A DNA stretch of 53,743 nt from Actinomycetota bacterium. Its GTDB lineage: Bacteria; Actinomycetota; Acidimicrobiia; Acidimicrobiales; GCA-2861595. The position numbers were made by a program, and so were the translations under genes. Positions 25,367 through 35,407 of this stretch are shown piece after piece; within the stretch, counting starts at the first letter, position 1; each line of letters begins with the position of its first letter. The stretch is taken from positions 1 to 53,743 of the forward strand of contig JBQTJJ010000096.1 of assembly GCA_052387235.1 (NCBI GenBank), given 5' to 3'. The notes beneath the pieces were generated by a model that saw nothing but the letters and a program-made list of their open reading frames with translations, did not search any database and was not told the DNA's origin.

Positions 25367-26854
25367 CTACCCGGGCGGGGGAGCCACCGCGCCGTCACCG
25401 TCCACCGCTTCGGTGACCACCTCCGAGGCCGCCTCGGCCCCGGCCGCCTCGGCGCCGGCCGCGGCCTGGGCGCCGGCCGACGTGAGCGCCGTGGCCTCGT
25501 CCGCCGGAGCGGGGCCGGTGGGCGGGCTGCTCGGGAGCTGGCATCCGAGCTGGACGCCGAAGACACGGAAGCTGGGGCAGGTGGCGAGGCCGGCGGTGAG
25601 GTCGGCCGTCACCGACACGGTCGCCATGTCGACGTTGACGTCTCCCCGGGCCAGGCCCTCCAGCTCGGCCGGGTCGGGCGGCTCCAGCTCGGGAAGGGCG
25701 TCGGGCAGGGCGGTCACGGCGTCGGCGATGCCGGTGGCGGCCCTGGCGCCCTCGGCCACCAGTGCCGCCGCCAGGTCGACCGGCGCCCCGTCGGGCCCGG
25801 CCGAGGCCGCGGCGCTGAAGGTGGCGTGGGATCCCGGGGGAGCGGCGGAACCGCGACCGTTGAGGTTGACGGCGCCCACGCCCACGAAGCCCGCCACCAG
25901 CAGGGCCACCGATGCCACCGAGGTGACGAAGGGGGTGGGCAGGACGACCGCAGCCCCGATGCCGACCCCGATGGGCGCGGCCGCGCCCGTGGCCGCGGCG
26001 GCGCCCGAGGTGGCGGTGGTGGTGAGGCCGGTTGAGGTGGCGCCGGCCGAGGCCGAGGCGGTGGTGGAGAGCTGCCACTTCCCGACGACCAGAGCGGCCA
26101 GCCCGGCCGGCAGCGGCAGCACGGCCCGGCGAAGACCGGGGGCCACGTCGTCCAGCTCGGCCAGCCGGGACCGGCAGGGATCGCAGCCGGCGAGATGCTG
26201 GTCGACCTTGGAGATGTCGCGCGGGGACAGGGCCCCGGCGGCGTAGGCACCGAGCCGGTTCACCGTCTCCCGGCAGACCGCCCCCACCTCGCTCTGGCGC
26301 AGGTGGGCCTGGAGGTACCGCTGTCGCAGCCCCGCTCGGGCCCGCACCGCCAGCTGGGCCACGCCGTTGGCCGACACCCCGAGCAGGCCGGCCACCTCGC
26401 GTGGGGGGATCCCCTCCACCTCGGTGAGCCACAGGACGGACCGCCAGCGCTCGGGCAGGCTCCGGAACGCGCGGGCCACCAGCAGGGCGTCCGTGTCGGC
26501 CACCATCAGCTCGGACGGCTCGTTGCCCAGCACCGACCAGTCGTACTGGTCCCGGGGGTCGGTGGGCCGCACCCGGCCGCCCCGCCGCAGCGCGTCGATG
26601 GCGGCGTTGCGCACCGCTGCCAGCAGGTAGGGGAGGAAGTAGTCGGCGGCGTGGAGCCGGTCGGGGAGGGCCTGGAACACCCGGGTGAACGCGTCGCTGA
26701 CGGCGTCCGCGGCGTCGTCGGGATTGGCGGTGACGGCCAGGGCCATGCGCCAGGCCGCCTCGGCGTGGCGGCGGTACAGGGCCTCGAACGCCTCGAGGTC
26801 GCCGGCGCCGGCGCGGCCCGCGAGATCGGCGTCAGTCGCCTCGTCCTGCACCAT
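25367..26854 (-). CDS. ECF sigma factor fused to zf-HC2 (ZAS) anti-sigma domain, TM segment and Ala/Gly/Thr-rich extracytoplasmic tail
   Basis: Track ORF 25367..26875; I prefer the ATG at 26854 (GAGGG 6 nt upstream). Sigma region 2 is AFEALYRRHAEAAWRMA...DAFTRVF. Region 4 is ERWRSVLWLTEVEGIPPREVAGLLGVSANGVAQLAVRAR. It is followed by C-x24-H-x3-C-x2-C (CRETV...DQHLAGCDPC) and a hydrophobic segment. Confidence 0.8.
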   Translation of the reverse strand: MVQDEATDADLAGRAGAGDLEAFEALYRRHAEAAWRMALAVTANPDDAADAVSDAFTRVFQALPDRLHAADYFLPYLLAAVRNAAIDALRRGGRVRPTDPRDQYDWSVLGNEPSELMVADTDALLVARAFRSLPERWRSVLWLTEVEGIPPREVAGLLGVSANGVAQLAVRARAGLRQRYLQAHLRQSEVGAVCRETVNRLGAYAAGALSPRDISKVDQHLAGCDPCRSRLAELDDVAPGLRRAVLPLPAGLAALVVGKWQLSTTASASAGATSTGLTTTATSGAAAATGAAAPIGVGIGAAVVLPTPFVTSVASVALLVAGFVGVGAVNLNGRGSAAPPGSHATFSAAASAGPDGAPVDLAAALVAEGARAATGIADAVTALPDALPELEPPDPAELEGLARGDVNVDMATVSVTADLTAGLATCPSFRVFGVQLGCQLPSSPPTGPAPADEATALTSAGAQAAAGAEAAGAEAASEVVTEAVDGDGAVAPPPG

Positions 26855-27040
26855 CGCCTGCCCTCGATGCCGCATTCTGCACGTCGCTCCGGTGGGCCCG
26901 ATCCCTCACCCTTTGTGGTGTTCTTGCCAGCGTACCGGGGCCCGACCGAAAAGGCACCACCCAGGGAGACATTTCTCCCAGCGCCTGGGGCGCGCCGGCA
27001 GGGATCGTCTGCCCGGCGCGGGCAGGTCCCAAACCCCTTG

Positions 27041-28057
27041 CTATTTTTCGGGGGAAAGGATGACTTTAACTGGTCCGACAGAGGTATCCAGATCGTCGAG
27101 GGCGGCGCCGGCGTCCGCCAGTGGCCGGACCTCGCAGGTGGCCACGATCCCGTCCACCGCTCCGGCCGCCACCGCCTCGACGGCGGCCGCGAACTCGGCG
27201 TCGGTGTAGGCGATGGACGGCGCCACGTCCACCTCCTTCACCACCCAGAGCAACCCCGGCATGGGCACGGCCTGGCCCGGCCCCACCACGCCCAGCACCA
27301 CCACCTGGCCCCCCGGGGCCGCCGTCTCCACCGCCTGTCCCGGTCCGGCCGGGCTGCCTGTCGCCTCGAACACGACGTCGGGCGGGCCGCCGAGGGCGCC
27401 GGCCAGCCGGCCGGCGCCGTCGACCACGGCCGCGCCGAGGGAGGCGGCCGCCGCGGCCCGGGCCGGCCGGGGCTCGGCCACGGCCAGGCGGGTGACGCCG
27501 GCCCGCAGCAGCGCCGCCACCGCCAGCAGGCCCACCGAGCCGGCGCCGAGGACGGCGACGGCCAGGTCCGGGGCGCCGGCGGCCCGGCTGCGGCCGACGG
27601 CGTGGAGCGCCACCGCGTACGGCTCGACCAGGGCGCCGGCCTCCGGGCCGACCGTGGCGGGCAGCGGGTGGCACGACGAGGCCGGGACGGCCACCCGCTC
27701 GGCCCAGCCGCCGGCGCGCAGCCCCATGCCCAGCGAAGTCGTCAGCTGCAGCGGGCACAGGTTGCCCCGGCCGGCCAGGCACGACGGGCAGGCGCCGCAG
27801 CGCCGGGCCGGGAGGACGGCCACCCGGGTGCCGTCGGCCGGTCCGGCCCGGTCGGGGTCGCCGCCCACCACCGTGCCGGCGAACTCGTGGCCCAGCACGG
27901 CGCCGGCCGGGAGGAGCCCGGAGGCCCGCAGGTGCTGGTCGCTCCCGCAGATCCCGCACCGCTCCACCGCCACCACCACCTCGCCCGCGCCGGCGACCGG
28001 CTCGGCCCGGTCCTCCACGGCGAACCGGCCGTCCGCGGTCACGGCCACGGCGCGCAT
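27041..28057 (-). CDS. zinc-binding alcohol dehydrogenase (MDR family)
   Basis: Track ORF 27041..28252 was trimmed to the ATG at 28057. Motifs are CGICGSDQH, GHEFAG, CGACPSCLAGRGNLC and LGAGSVG. Confidence 0.85.
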   Translation of the reverse strand: MRAVAVTADGRFAVEDRAEPVAGAGEVVVAVERCGICGSDQHLRASGLLPAGAVLGHEFAGTVVGGDPDRAGPADGTRVAVLPARRCGACPSCLAGRGNLCPLQLTTSLGMGLRAGGWAERVAVPASSCHPLPATVGPEAGALVEPYAVALHAVGRSRAAGAPDLAVAVLGAGSVGLLAVAALLRAGVTRLAVAEPRPARAAAAASLGAAVVDGAGRLAGALGGPPDVVFEATGSPAGPGQAVETAAPGGQVVVLGVVGPGQAVPMPGLLWVVKEVDVAPSIAYTDAEFAAAVEAVAAGAVDGIVATCEVRPLADAGAALDDLDTSVGPVKVILSPEK

Positions 28058-28118
28058 GGGTGACTGTACGGCCGGTCGGGGCGGTGGGGACGCCGGGAGC
28101 CTGCCATCATGGCCGGTG

Positions 28119-29339
28119 ATGGCCGGGTTCTCCCTGGAGCTCGACGACGAGCAGCTCCAGCTCCAGAGGTGGGTCCACGAGTTCGCCGAGACCGTCGTGC
28201 GGCCGGTGGCGGCCGAGTGGGACGAGCGGGAGGAGACCCCGTGGCCGGTCATCGAGCAGGCGGCCGAGGTCGGCCTCTACTCGCTCGAATTCCTGGCCAA
28301 CGCCTTCGCCGACCCCACCGGGCTGCTCATCCCGGTGGTGATGGAGGAGATGGCCTGGGGCGACGCCGGCATCGCCCTCGCCATCTTCGGCACCACCCTC
28401 GGCGTCTCGGGGATCATGCGCAACGGCACGCCCGAGCAGGTGGCGGAATGGCTGCCGCGCTGCTTCCGTGACGACCACGACAAGGTGGCGGTGGCCGCCT
28501 TCGCCGTCTCCGAGCCCGACGCCGGATCGGACGTGAGCTCGCTGCGCACCAGGGCCGTCCACGACGAGGCCACCGGCGAGTGGGTGCTCGACGGCACCAA
28601 GACGTGGATCACCAACGGCGGCATCGCCGGCGTCCACGTCATCGTGGCCTCGGTGGATCCCGAGCTGGGGTCCCGCGGCCAGGCCAGCTTCGTGGTGCCG
28701 CCCGGGACGGCCGGGCTGTCCCAGGGGCAGAAGTTCAAGAAGATGGGCATCCGGGCCTCCCACACGGCCGAGGTGGTGCTCGACGGATGCCGGGTGCCGG
28801 GCCGCTGTTTGCTGGGCGGCAAGGAGCGCCTCGACGAGCGGCTGGCCCGGGTCCGGGAGGGCCGGAGCAGCGGGCGCAGCCAGGCCGCCATGGCGACGTT
28901 CGAGGCGTCGCGGCCGGCGGTGGGGGCCCAGGCGCTCGGCATCGCCAGGGCCGCCTACGAGCACGCCCTCGAGTACGCCAAGCACCGCCGCCAGTTCGGC
29001 CGGGCCATCATCGAGAACCAGGCCATCGCCTTCAAGCTGGCGGACATGAGGATGCTCATCGACGCCTCCCGCCTCCTCGTCTGGCGGGCGGCGTGGATGA
29101 GCCGCAACGGCCAGGGCTTCACCGCCGGCGAGGGCTCCATGTCCAAGCTCTTCGCCGGGGAGACGGCGGTGAAGGTCACCGACGAGGCCATCCAGATCCT
29201 CGGCGGCTACGGCTACGTCCGGGACGAACCGGTGGAGCGCTGGCACCGCGACTCGAAGATCTACACGATCTTCGAGGGCACGTCCGAGATCCAGCGCCTC
29301 ATCATCGCAAGAGCCATATCGGGCCTACATATTTCGTGA
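28119..29339 (+). CDS. acyl-CoA dehydrogenase
   Basis: This is the tail of track ORF 27213..29339, from the ATG at 28119. Motifs are FAVSEPDAGSD, KTWITNGG, QFGRAIIENQAIAFKLADM and IFEGTSEIQRLIIAR. Confidence 0.9.
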   Translation: MAGFSLELDDEQLQLQRWVHEFAETVVRPVAAEWDEREETPWPVIEQAAEVGLYSLEFLANAFADPTGLLIPVVMEEMAWGDAGIALAIFGTTLGVSGIMRNGTPEQVAEWLPRCFRDDHDKVAVAAFAVSEPDAGSDVSSLRTRAVHDEATGEWVLDGTKTWITNGGIAGVHVIVASVDPELGSRGQASFVVPPGTAGLSQGQKFKKMGIRASHTAEVVLDGCRVPGRCLLGGKERLDERLARVREGRSSGRSQAAMATFEASRPAVGAQALGIARAAYEHALEYAKHRRQFGRAIIENQAIAFKLADMRMLIDASRLLVWRAAWMSRNGQGFTAGEGSMSKLFAGETAVKVTDEAIQILGGYGYVRDEPVERWHRDSKIYTIFEGTSEIQRLIIARAISGLHIS

Positions 29340-29542
29340 TCCGGGGGATCGGCCCGGGCCCCGGAAACGGCCTCTCGTCCCTATTCACCGGGCGCGCCGA
29401 GCGCGGGCGCCCGACGCAGGCGAGCCGACCGGGCCCGAACCCCGGGCGCCGGGTACCCCTGAAGACGCCCGGCCCCGTCGCCCGACGAGCTGCCCGAGGT
29501 GCTCACGGAGATCTCCGCCCGCCTCGTCCACCAGCGCGATTC

Positions 29543-29583
29543 CGCGTGCAGAAACCGCCCGGCCAGGGCGGTTTCTGCACGCG
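29543..29583. terminator. 18-bp perfect hairpin between convergent genes
   Basis: CGCGTGCAGAAACCGCCC-GGCCA-GGGCGGTTTCTGCACGCG. Confidence 0.6.
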
Positions 29584-29618
29584 AAACGGGGAACCGTACG
29601 CACGGGAGCCGGGCGCCG

Positions 29619-30617
29619 TCAGACGTGCAGCACGGCGGCGCCGTGCACCCGGTCGTGGGCGAGGTCCCGCAGGGCCCGGTCGGCGTCACCCAGCGCGTAG
29701 GCCGTCGTCTCGACGCGCAGGCCGATGCGGGCCGCCAGGTCCAGGAAGGCTCTGCCGTCGGCGCGCGTGTTGGCGGTGACGCTGCGGACCTGGCGCTCCT
29801 GGAAGAGGTGATCGGCGTAGCGGAGGGGCGGGATGTCGCTGAGGTGGATGCCGGCGATGGCGACGGTGCCGCCACGGTCGAGTGCCGACAGGGCGACCGG
29901 GACGATCTCGCCGGCGGGGGCGAAGATGATGGCGGCATCCAGTGCCTCGGGTGGCGGGTCGTACGTGTCGCCCGCCGAGGCGGCGCCGAGGTCGAGTGCG
30001 AGCCGGCGGGCCGGCTCGGAGCGGGTCATCACGTGGACCCGTGCCCCTTCGGCCACCGCGACCTGCGCCGCGAGGTGGGCGGAGGCGCCGAACCCGAACA
30101 CGCCCAGCCTTCCACCCGGGGGGAGCTCGGCCCGGCGCAGGGCCCGGAAGCCGATGATGCCGGCGCACAGGAGGGGAGCGGCGTGCTCGTCGTCGAATGC
30201 GGGCGGGATCTCGTAGGCGAAGCGCTCGTCGACGACGGCGTGCTCGGCGTAGCCGCCGTCGGCGTCCCAGCCCGTGAAGAGCGGCGACAGGCACAGGTTC
30301 TCGTCGCCGCGGAGGCAGAACCGGCAGGTGCCGCAGGTGGACCGGAGCCAGGCGATCCCGACCCGGTCGCCGACGGCGAACCGGCTTGTGGCCGGCCCCA
30401 GTGCGTCGACGACGCCCACGATCTCGTGGCCTGGCACCGTGCGCGGCCGTCTCGGAGCGAGATCGCCCTCGGCCAGGTGCAGATCCGTCCGGCACACCCC
30501 GCACGCAGCCACGCGTACACGCAGCTCACCGTCGCCCGGTTGCGGAGGGTCCCGATCGATCGCGGCCATCGGCGACCCGTCGATCGGCCCCGGTGTGTGC
30601 ACCACCCACGCCTTCAC
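29619..30617 (-). CDS. zinc-binding alcohol dehydrogenase (MDR family)
   Basis: This is the tail of track ORF 29619..31400, from the GTG at 30617 ([11 protein letters not shown]). Motifs are [30 protein letters not shown] and GFGASAH. Confidence 0.85.
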   Translation of the reverse strand: MKAWVVHTPGPIDGSPMAAIDRDPPQPGDGELRVRVAACGVCRTDLHLAEGDLAPRRPRTVPGHEIVGVVDALGPATSRFAVGDRVGIAWLRSTCGTCRFCLRGDENLCLSPLFTGWDADGGYAEHAVVDERFAYEIPPAFDDEHAAPLLCAGIIGFRALRRAELPPGGRLGVFGFGASAHLAAQVAVAEGARVHVMTRSEPARRLALDLGAASAGDTYDPPPEALDAAIIFAPAGEIVPVALSALDRGGTVAIAGIHLSDIPPLRYADHLFQERQVRSVTANTRADGRAFLDLAARIGLRVETTAYALGDADRALRDLAHDRVHGAAVLHV

Positions 30618-30721
30618 GTAGATACGAGTCTGCGCCGGCGGCGCTGGAATTGCGAGGTCGGGCGGAGGCTGCGGTCCCTGGGCCCCGGCGGAGGTTGCGG
30701 TCCCGGCATGGCGCCCCGCCC

Positions 30722-31582
30722 TCAGACGTAGCGCCCCATGGCGGCCACGGCCGAGGCGCCGTAGCCCCCGCCGAAGATCACGGCGTGCACGAGCAGCGGC
30801 AGGACCTGCCAGAGCTCGACGCGCTCCTCGTGTCCCTCGGCCAGCGGCGTCGCCTCCTCGTAGGCGGCGAGGAAGGCCGGGCCGGGCGCGCCGAAGAGCC
30901 GGAGCATGGCGAGGTCGATCTCGCGGTGGCCGCCGTAGGCGGCGGGGTCGACGAGCCACGGGCGCCCGCCGGCGCCGGTCATCACGTTGCCGGTCCACAG
31001 GTCGCCGTGCAGCCGGGCCGGCGGCTCGGGCGGCCCGGCCAGCTCGGGCAGGCGGGCGGCGAGCCTGTCGAGCAGGCCCGGCGCCGCGGGCGGCAGCGCC
31101 CCGCGGTCGGCGGCCATGCGAGCGAGGGGCTCGAGCCGGCGGGTCACGTAGAACGAGGGCCAGTCGTCGCACGGGTCGTTGGGCAGTGTGAGCGGCCCGA
31201 GCACGAGGTCGTGGCCGCCGCCGTGGGCGGGGGCGCCGGCGGCGTGGAGCGCGGCCAGGCCCCGGCCGAGGTCCTCCTCGGTCCCCGTCGTGCGGTGGCC
31301 GGGCTCCACCCACGACAGGGCCAGGAAGCGCGGGCCCCCGGGTTCGTCGGCGACGGCGAGCACGTCGGGGACGGGGAGGGCGCCGGCCCGGGCCAGCCAT
31401 GCCAGCCCCTCGGCCTCGCGGGAGTAGGCGTGCGGCGCGGCATCGGCTGCGGTCTTGACGAACACCCGGGTCCCACCTGCCAGCTCGGCCGCGTAGGCGT
31501 CGTTGAGGTCGCCGCCGGCCATCGGACGCAGGTCGGCGACGGGCGAGTCGAGGGCGCCGGCCAGGGCGTCAGCGAGGCGCAC
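30722..31582 (-). CDS. fructosamine/ketosamine-3-kinase family protein
   Basis: This is the tail of track ORF 30722..31975, from the GTG at 31582. Motifs are [21 protein letters not shown] and [11 protein letters not shown]. Confidence 0.8.
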   Translation of the reverse strand: MRLADALAGALDSPVADLRPMAGGDLNDAYAAELAGGTRVFVKTAADAAPHAYSREAEGLAWLARAGALPVPDVLAVADEPGGPRFLALSWVEPGHRTTGTEEDLGRGLAALHAAGAPAHGGGHDLVLGPLTLPNDPCDDWPSFYVTRRLEPLARMAADRGALPPAAPGLLDRLAARLPELAGPPEPPARLHGDLWTGNVMTGAGGRPWLVDPAAYGGHREIDLAMLRLFGAPGPAFLAAYEEATPLAEGHEERVELWQVLPLLVHAVIFGGGYGASAVAAMGRYV

Positions 31583-32054
31583 GCAGCTCGGCCAGCAGGC
31601 CCGTGCAGGCGGCGTCGACGAGGTCGATGACGCGGTCGAACCCGTCACCCTCGCCGTAATAGGGATCGGGCACGTCGAGGTCGGACGCCCCGGCGGAGGC
31701 GGGGTCGAACTCCCGCAGCAGGCGGACCTTGGCCCGGTCGGCCTCGGTGCGGGCCAGGCGGCGCAGGTCGCGGGCGTTGGCCGCGTCGCAGGCCAGGACG
31801 AGGTCGAAGTCGTCGAAATCGCCGGCCCGCACCTGCCTGGCCCTGCCGTCGACCCGGAGGCCGCGGCGGGCGCCGGCCTCCACCGATCGCGGGTCGGGGC
31901 CGTTGCCCACGTGCCAGCCGCCCGTGCCCGCACTGTCGATGACGATCTCGTCCTCGAGCCCCGCCTCGCGCACACGGGCCCGCATGATCGCCTCGGCCGT
32001 CGGCGATCGGCAGATGTTCCCCATGCAGACGAAGAGGATGCGGCTGGGGGCCAT
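31569..32054 (-). CDS. low-molecular-weight protein-tyrosine phosphatase
   Basis: This is the tail of track ORF 31569..33773, from the ATG at 32054. ILFVCMGNICRSP is the CX5R(S) P-loop, and DVPDPYYG is present. Confidence 0.9.
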   Translation of the reverse strand: MAPSRILFVCMGNICRSPTAEAIMRARVREAGLEDEIVIDSAGTGGWHVGNGPDPRSVEAGARRGLRVDGRARQVRAGDFDDFDLVLACDAANARDLRRLARTEADRAKVRLLREFDPASAGASDLDVPDPYYGEGDGFDRVIDLVDAACTGLLAELRAPR

Positions 32055-32159
32055 GCGCGCCCACCCTAAAGGGCCTGCGCGCCTACCGGCTCGGACGTGG
32101 CAGCCTTCGACCGGGCGCAACGGACGCGGGCGCATCGGACGCAGGACGGGAAGAGCATC

Positions 32160-33956
32160 GTGCGAGACATCCTCAGAATCATCCGCTACACGTGGGACCT
32201 GAAGCGCTACTACCTGGCCATCGCGGTGTTCGTCGTGGCCGTGTCGCTCCTCAACCAGGCCAACCCGTTCCTGCTGCGGTACCTCGTCGACGCCGTCGTC
32301 GAGAAGGGCACGGGGAAGTCGGTCGCCACCAGCCGGCTGGTGGTGCTCCTCAGCCTCCTGCTCTCGGCCGGGGTGCTGATCTCGATCGTCACCAACGTCC
32401 AGGGCTACATCGGCGACCGGTTGGGGGCGAAGCTGCAGACCCTGCTCAGCCAGCGCTACTACGACCACCTCCTGGAGCTTCCGCTCGAGTTCTACGACAA
32501 CTCGGTCACCGGAGAGGTGACGGCCCGGCTGGAGCGCAGCATCGCCGGCATCTCCCAGCTGGTGCAGGCGATGGCGAACAACTTCATCAACTTCTTCCTC
32601 AGCAGCCTGTTCACGCTCGTGATCCTGGCCCGCTACTCGCCGCTGGTCGCCCTCCTGCTGGCCGCGCTGTTCCCCCTCTACATCTGGCTCACGACGCGGA
32701 CGAGCCGCAGCTGGCAGGAGAAGCAGGCCGGGATCAACAAGGAGTCCGACTTCGGCAACGGGCGGTTCGTCGAGGTGATCGGCAACATCAGGGTGGTCAA
32801 GTCGTTCGTCAACGAGCCCCGCGAGCGGGCCGTCTTCGCCCGGGCCCGGCGGTCGATCGAGGAGCAGACGAGGCTCCAGTCGCTGGAATGGCACCGCAAC
32901 GACGTGTGGCGGGGTTTCAGCCTCAACCTCATCTTCTTCGCCATCTACGCCATCATCATCTGGCAGGCGTTCAACGGGACGTTCGGGCCCATCGAGACGT
33001 CGATCGGCACCGTGGTGCTGATGCTGCAGCTGTCGCTGCAGGCCCAGTTCCCCTTGTTCGCGTCGTCGTTCATCGTCGACCAGATCCAGCGTGCCAACGC
33101 CGACAGCAAGGACTTCTTCGGCGTCATGGACCTCACACCCGCCATCCGGGACGCGCCGGGTGCGGCCGACCTGGAGGTGACGGCCGGCAAGGTGGAGTAC
33201 CGGGACGTGTCGTTCCGGTACCAGGGCGGCGAGCCCGTCCTCACGGGGGTCTCGTTCTCCGTCGAGCCGGGCACCAAGGTGGCATTGGTGGGCGAGAGCG
33301 GCGAGGGGAAGACCACCGTCGCCAACCTGCTGCTGCGCTTCTACGAGCCGACCGCCGGCCTGATCTCCATCGACGGCACCGACATCGCCGCCGTCACCCA
33401 GCGGTCCCTGCGTCGCAGCGTCGGCGTCGTCTTCCAGGAGCCCGCCCTCTTCTCCGGCTCGGTGTACGAGAACATCAGCTACGGGACCGAGGCGGCCACC
33501 CACGAGCAGGTCGTGGCGGCGGCCCGGGCCGCCAACGCCCACGGCTTCGTCGAGCGGCTCCCGAAGGGATACGACACCCAGGTCGGCGAGCGGGGGGTGA
33601 AGCTGTCGGGCGGCCAGAAGCAGCGCATCGCCATCGCCCGCGCCCTCGTCAAGGACCCGCCCATCCTCATCCTCGACGAGGCCACCAGCTCCCTGGACAG
33701 CAAGGCCGAGCGCGAGGTGCAGGGCGCGCTCGAGCACCTCATGCAGGGTCGGACGACGATGATCATCGCCCACCGCCTCTCGACCATCCAGAACGTGGAC
33801 GTGGTCGTCGGCATCCGCAACGGCGTGGTGGCCGAGATGGGGTCGCCGGCCGAGCTGGCCGAGGGGGACGGCATCTACGCCGAGCTGTTGCGGCTCCAGG
33901 CCCCGACGACGGCCAACAAGGCCAAGCTCAAGGCGTACGACATCGCCGGCATCTGA
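32160..33956 (+). CDS. ABC exporter, fused permease/ATPase (MsbA/MdlB-like)
   Basis: Track ORF 32097..33956. It has six predicted TM segments followed by an NBD with GESGEGKTT, LSGGQKQRIAIARAL and ILILDEATS. The start is the GTG at 32160 or at 32097. Confidence 0.85.
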   Translation: MRDILRIIRYTWDLKRYYLAIAVFVVAVSLLNQANPFLLRYLVDAVVEKGTGKSVATSRLVVLLSLLLSAGVLISIVTNVQGYIGDRLGAKLQTLLSQRYYDHLLELPLEFYDNSVTGEVTARLERSIAGISQLVQAMANNFINFFLSSLFTLVILARYSPLVALLLAALFPLYIWLTTRTSRSWQEKQAGINKESDFGNGRFVEVIGNIRVVKSFVNEPRERAVFARARRSIEEQTRLQSLEWHRNDVWRGFSLNLIFFAIYAIIIWQAFNGTFGPIETSIGTVVLMLQLSLQAQFPLFASSFIVDQIQRANADSKDFFGVMDLTPAIRDAPGAADLEVTAGKVEYRDVSFRYQGGEPVLTGVSFSVEPGTKVALVGESGEGKTTVANLLLRFYEPTAGLISIDGTDIAAVTQRSLRRSVGVVFQEPALFSGSVYENISYGTEAATHEQVVAAARAANAHGFVERLPKGYDTQVGERGVKLSGGQKQRIAIARALVKDPPILILDEATSSLDSKAEREVQGALEHLMQGRTTMIIAHRLSTIQNVDVVVGIRNGVVAEMGSPAELAEGDGIYAELLRLQAPTTANKAKLKAYDIAGI

Positions 33957-34007
33957 TCGCGGGCCGCGACCAGCGCCGGCACACCTGGGCCGGGGCCGGC
34001 CCTTCGG

Positions 34008-34874
34008 TCAGCGCTCGGACGCGTAGCGGGCCTCGACCGCGTAATGGCGGTCCAGCTCCACCACCGGGCTGAACTCGTCGAACGACATCACCAGGTCGAG
34101 GTCGTCGCGCAGCGTCCCCCGCTCGTGGAGCACGGCATAGGCCCGGGCCATCTGCCGGGCCGCGGCCAGCAGGCCGGTCAGGGGCGAGACGATCAGGTCG
34201 AAGCCGAGGTCGTGCAGTTCGGCCGGGGTGCGCAGGGGCGTGCGGCCCCCCTCGATCATGTTGGCCACCCGCACGCACCCCGGAGTGGCGGCGGCGATGG
34301 CCTCCATCTCCTCGGCTGACTCCGGCGCCTCGACGAACACGGCGTCGACGCCGAGGTCGGCCGCCATGCGGGCCCGCTCGCACGCCTCCTCCAGGTCCAC
34401 GGCGGCCCGCGCGTCGGTGCGGGCCGTGACGAAGAGCTGGTCCCGCGTGTCCACCGCCGCCCTGAGCTTGGCCAGCCACTCCTCCCGGGCCACCACCCGC
34501 TTGCCTGCCATGTGGCCGCACTTCTTGGGCCACACCTGGTCCTCCAGGAAGATGCCGGCGCCGCCCGCCTCCTCGTAGAGCTGCACCGTCCGGATGGTGT
34601 TCAGCGGGTTCCCGTAGCCGGTGTCGCCGTCCACCACCACCTGGGCCCCGGGCACGGTGCGGCAGACCCGCCGGGCCACCTCGGCCATCTCGCTCTGGGT
34701 CAGGTAGCCGAAGTCCGGCAGGCCCAGGAGGGTGGCCGACGTGCAGTAGCCGGACAGGAACAGGGCGTCGAAGCCGGCTGCCACCGCCAGCCTGGCGGAC
34801 AGGGCGTCGAAGCAGCCGGCAAGGACGACGGTCTCCCCGCCGGCCAGCCGGTCCCGGAGGGCTCGGCCGTTCAT
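34008..34874 (-). CDS. isocitrate lyase / PEP mutase superfamily enzyme (methylisocitrate lyase-like)
   Basis: Track ORF with motifs VVVDGDTGYGN, IFLEDQVWPKKCGHMAGK, ARTDA and NMIEGGRTP. Confidence 0.8.
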   Translation of the reverse strand: MNGRALRDRLAGGETVVLAGCFDALSARLAVAAGFDALFLSGYCTSATLLGLPDFGYLTQSEMAEVARRVCRTVPGAQVVVDGDTGYGNPLNTIRTVQLYEEAGGAGIFLEDQVWPKKCGHMAGKRVVAREEWLAKLRAAVDTRDQLFVTARTDARAAVDLEEACERARMAADLGVDAVFVEAPESAEEMEAIAAATPGCVRVANMIEGGRTPLRTPAELHDLGFDLIVSPLTGLLAAARQMARAYAVLHERGTLRDDLDLVMSFDEFSPVVELDRHYAVEARYASER

Positions 34875-34912
34875 GCCGGGAGACTACGACCGCCGGGCAC
34901 GGCGACACGCTC

Positions 34913-35407
34913 CTACGAGGGGGGAAGGCTCACCCGCTGCGACGGCGCCGGCACGGGGACGGTGTCGCCCGGGCCCAGGAAGTACGGGACGATCACGGTG
35001 CTGACGTTCCGGAAGGGCTGGAGGGCCCGGGCGATGCGCCTGGCGCTCCTGCGATGCAGGGGGAGGTGCCACCAGCGGTAGTCCATCTCGGGCAGCACCA
35101 CGATGAGGTCGCCCCGCTCCTCCGCCTCCTCGCCGATCATGCGCCGCACGGCCGACAGGAAGCTGCCGCTGGCCGCGTCACGGATGTGCAGCGGCAGCCA
35201 GGTGAGGCCCAGCCCGATCCACTCGTCGGCCAGCCTGCGCGTCTCCGCCGGGTCGACGGCCAGGTGCAGGGCCCGGAGCTCGGTCTGGGGGAGGTGGGCC
35301 AGGAAGCGCAGCGCCGGGAGGACCCGGCGGTCGAGCCTCGCCACCAGCAGCACGGCCGTGGGCCGGCGCGCCGTGCCTCGCTCGGACGCGGTCCCGAGGC
35401 CGCTCAC
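34913..35407 (-). CDS. stand-alone paralog of the cytoplasmic C-terminal domain of the adjacent APC permease
   Basis: This is the tail of track ORF 34913..36043. The GTG at 35407 overlaps the permease stop (GTGA). AVLLVARLDRRVLPALRFLAHL...LIVVLPEM...VSTVIVPYFL aligns by eye with VVVLVGRVHRGTIKALEYARSL...VTIVIPEF...VVTSVPYHL of the permease tail. Confidence 0.65.
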   Translation of the reverse strand: MSGLGTASERGTARRPTAVLLVARLDRRVLPALRFLAHLPQTELRALHLAVDPAETRRLADEWIGLGLTWLPLHIRDAASGSFLSAVRRMIGEEAEERGDLIVVLPEMDYRWWHLPLHRRSARRIARALQPFRNVSTVIVPYFLGPGDTVPVPAPSQRVSLPPS

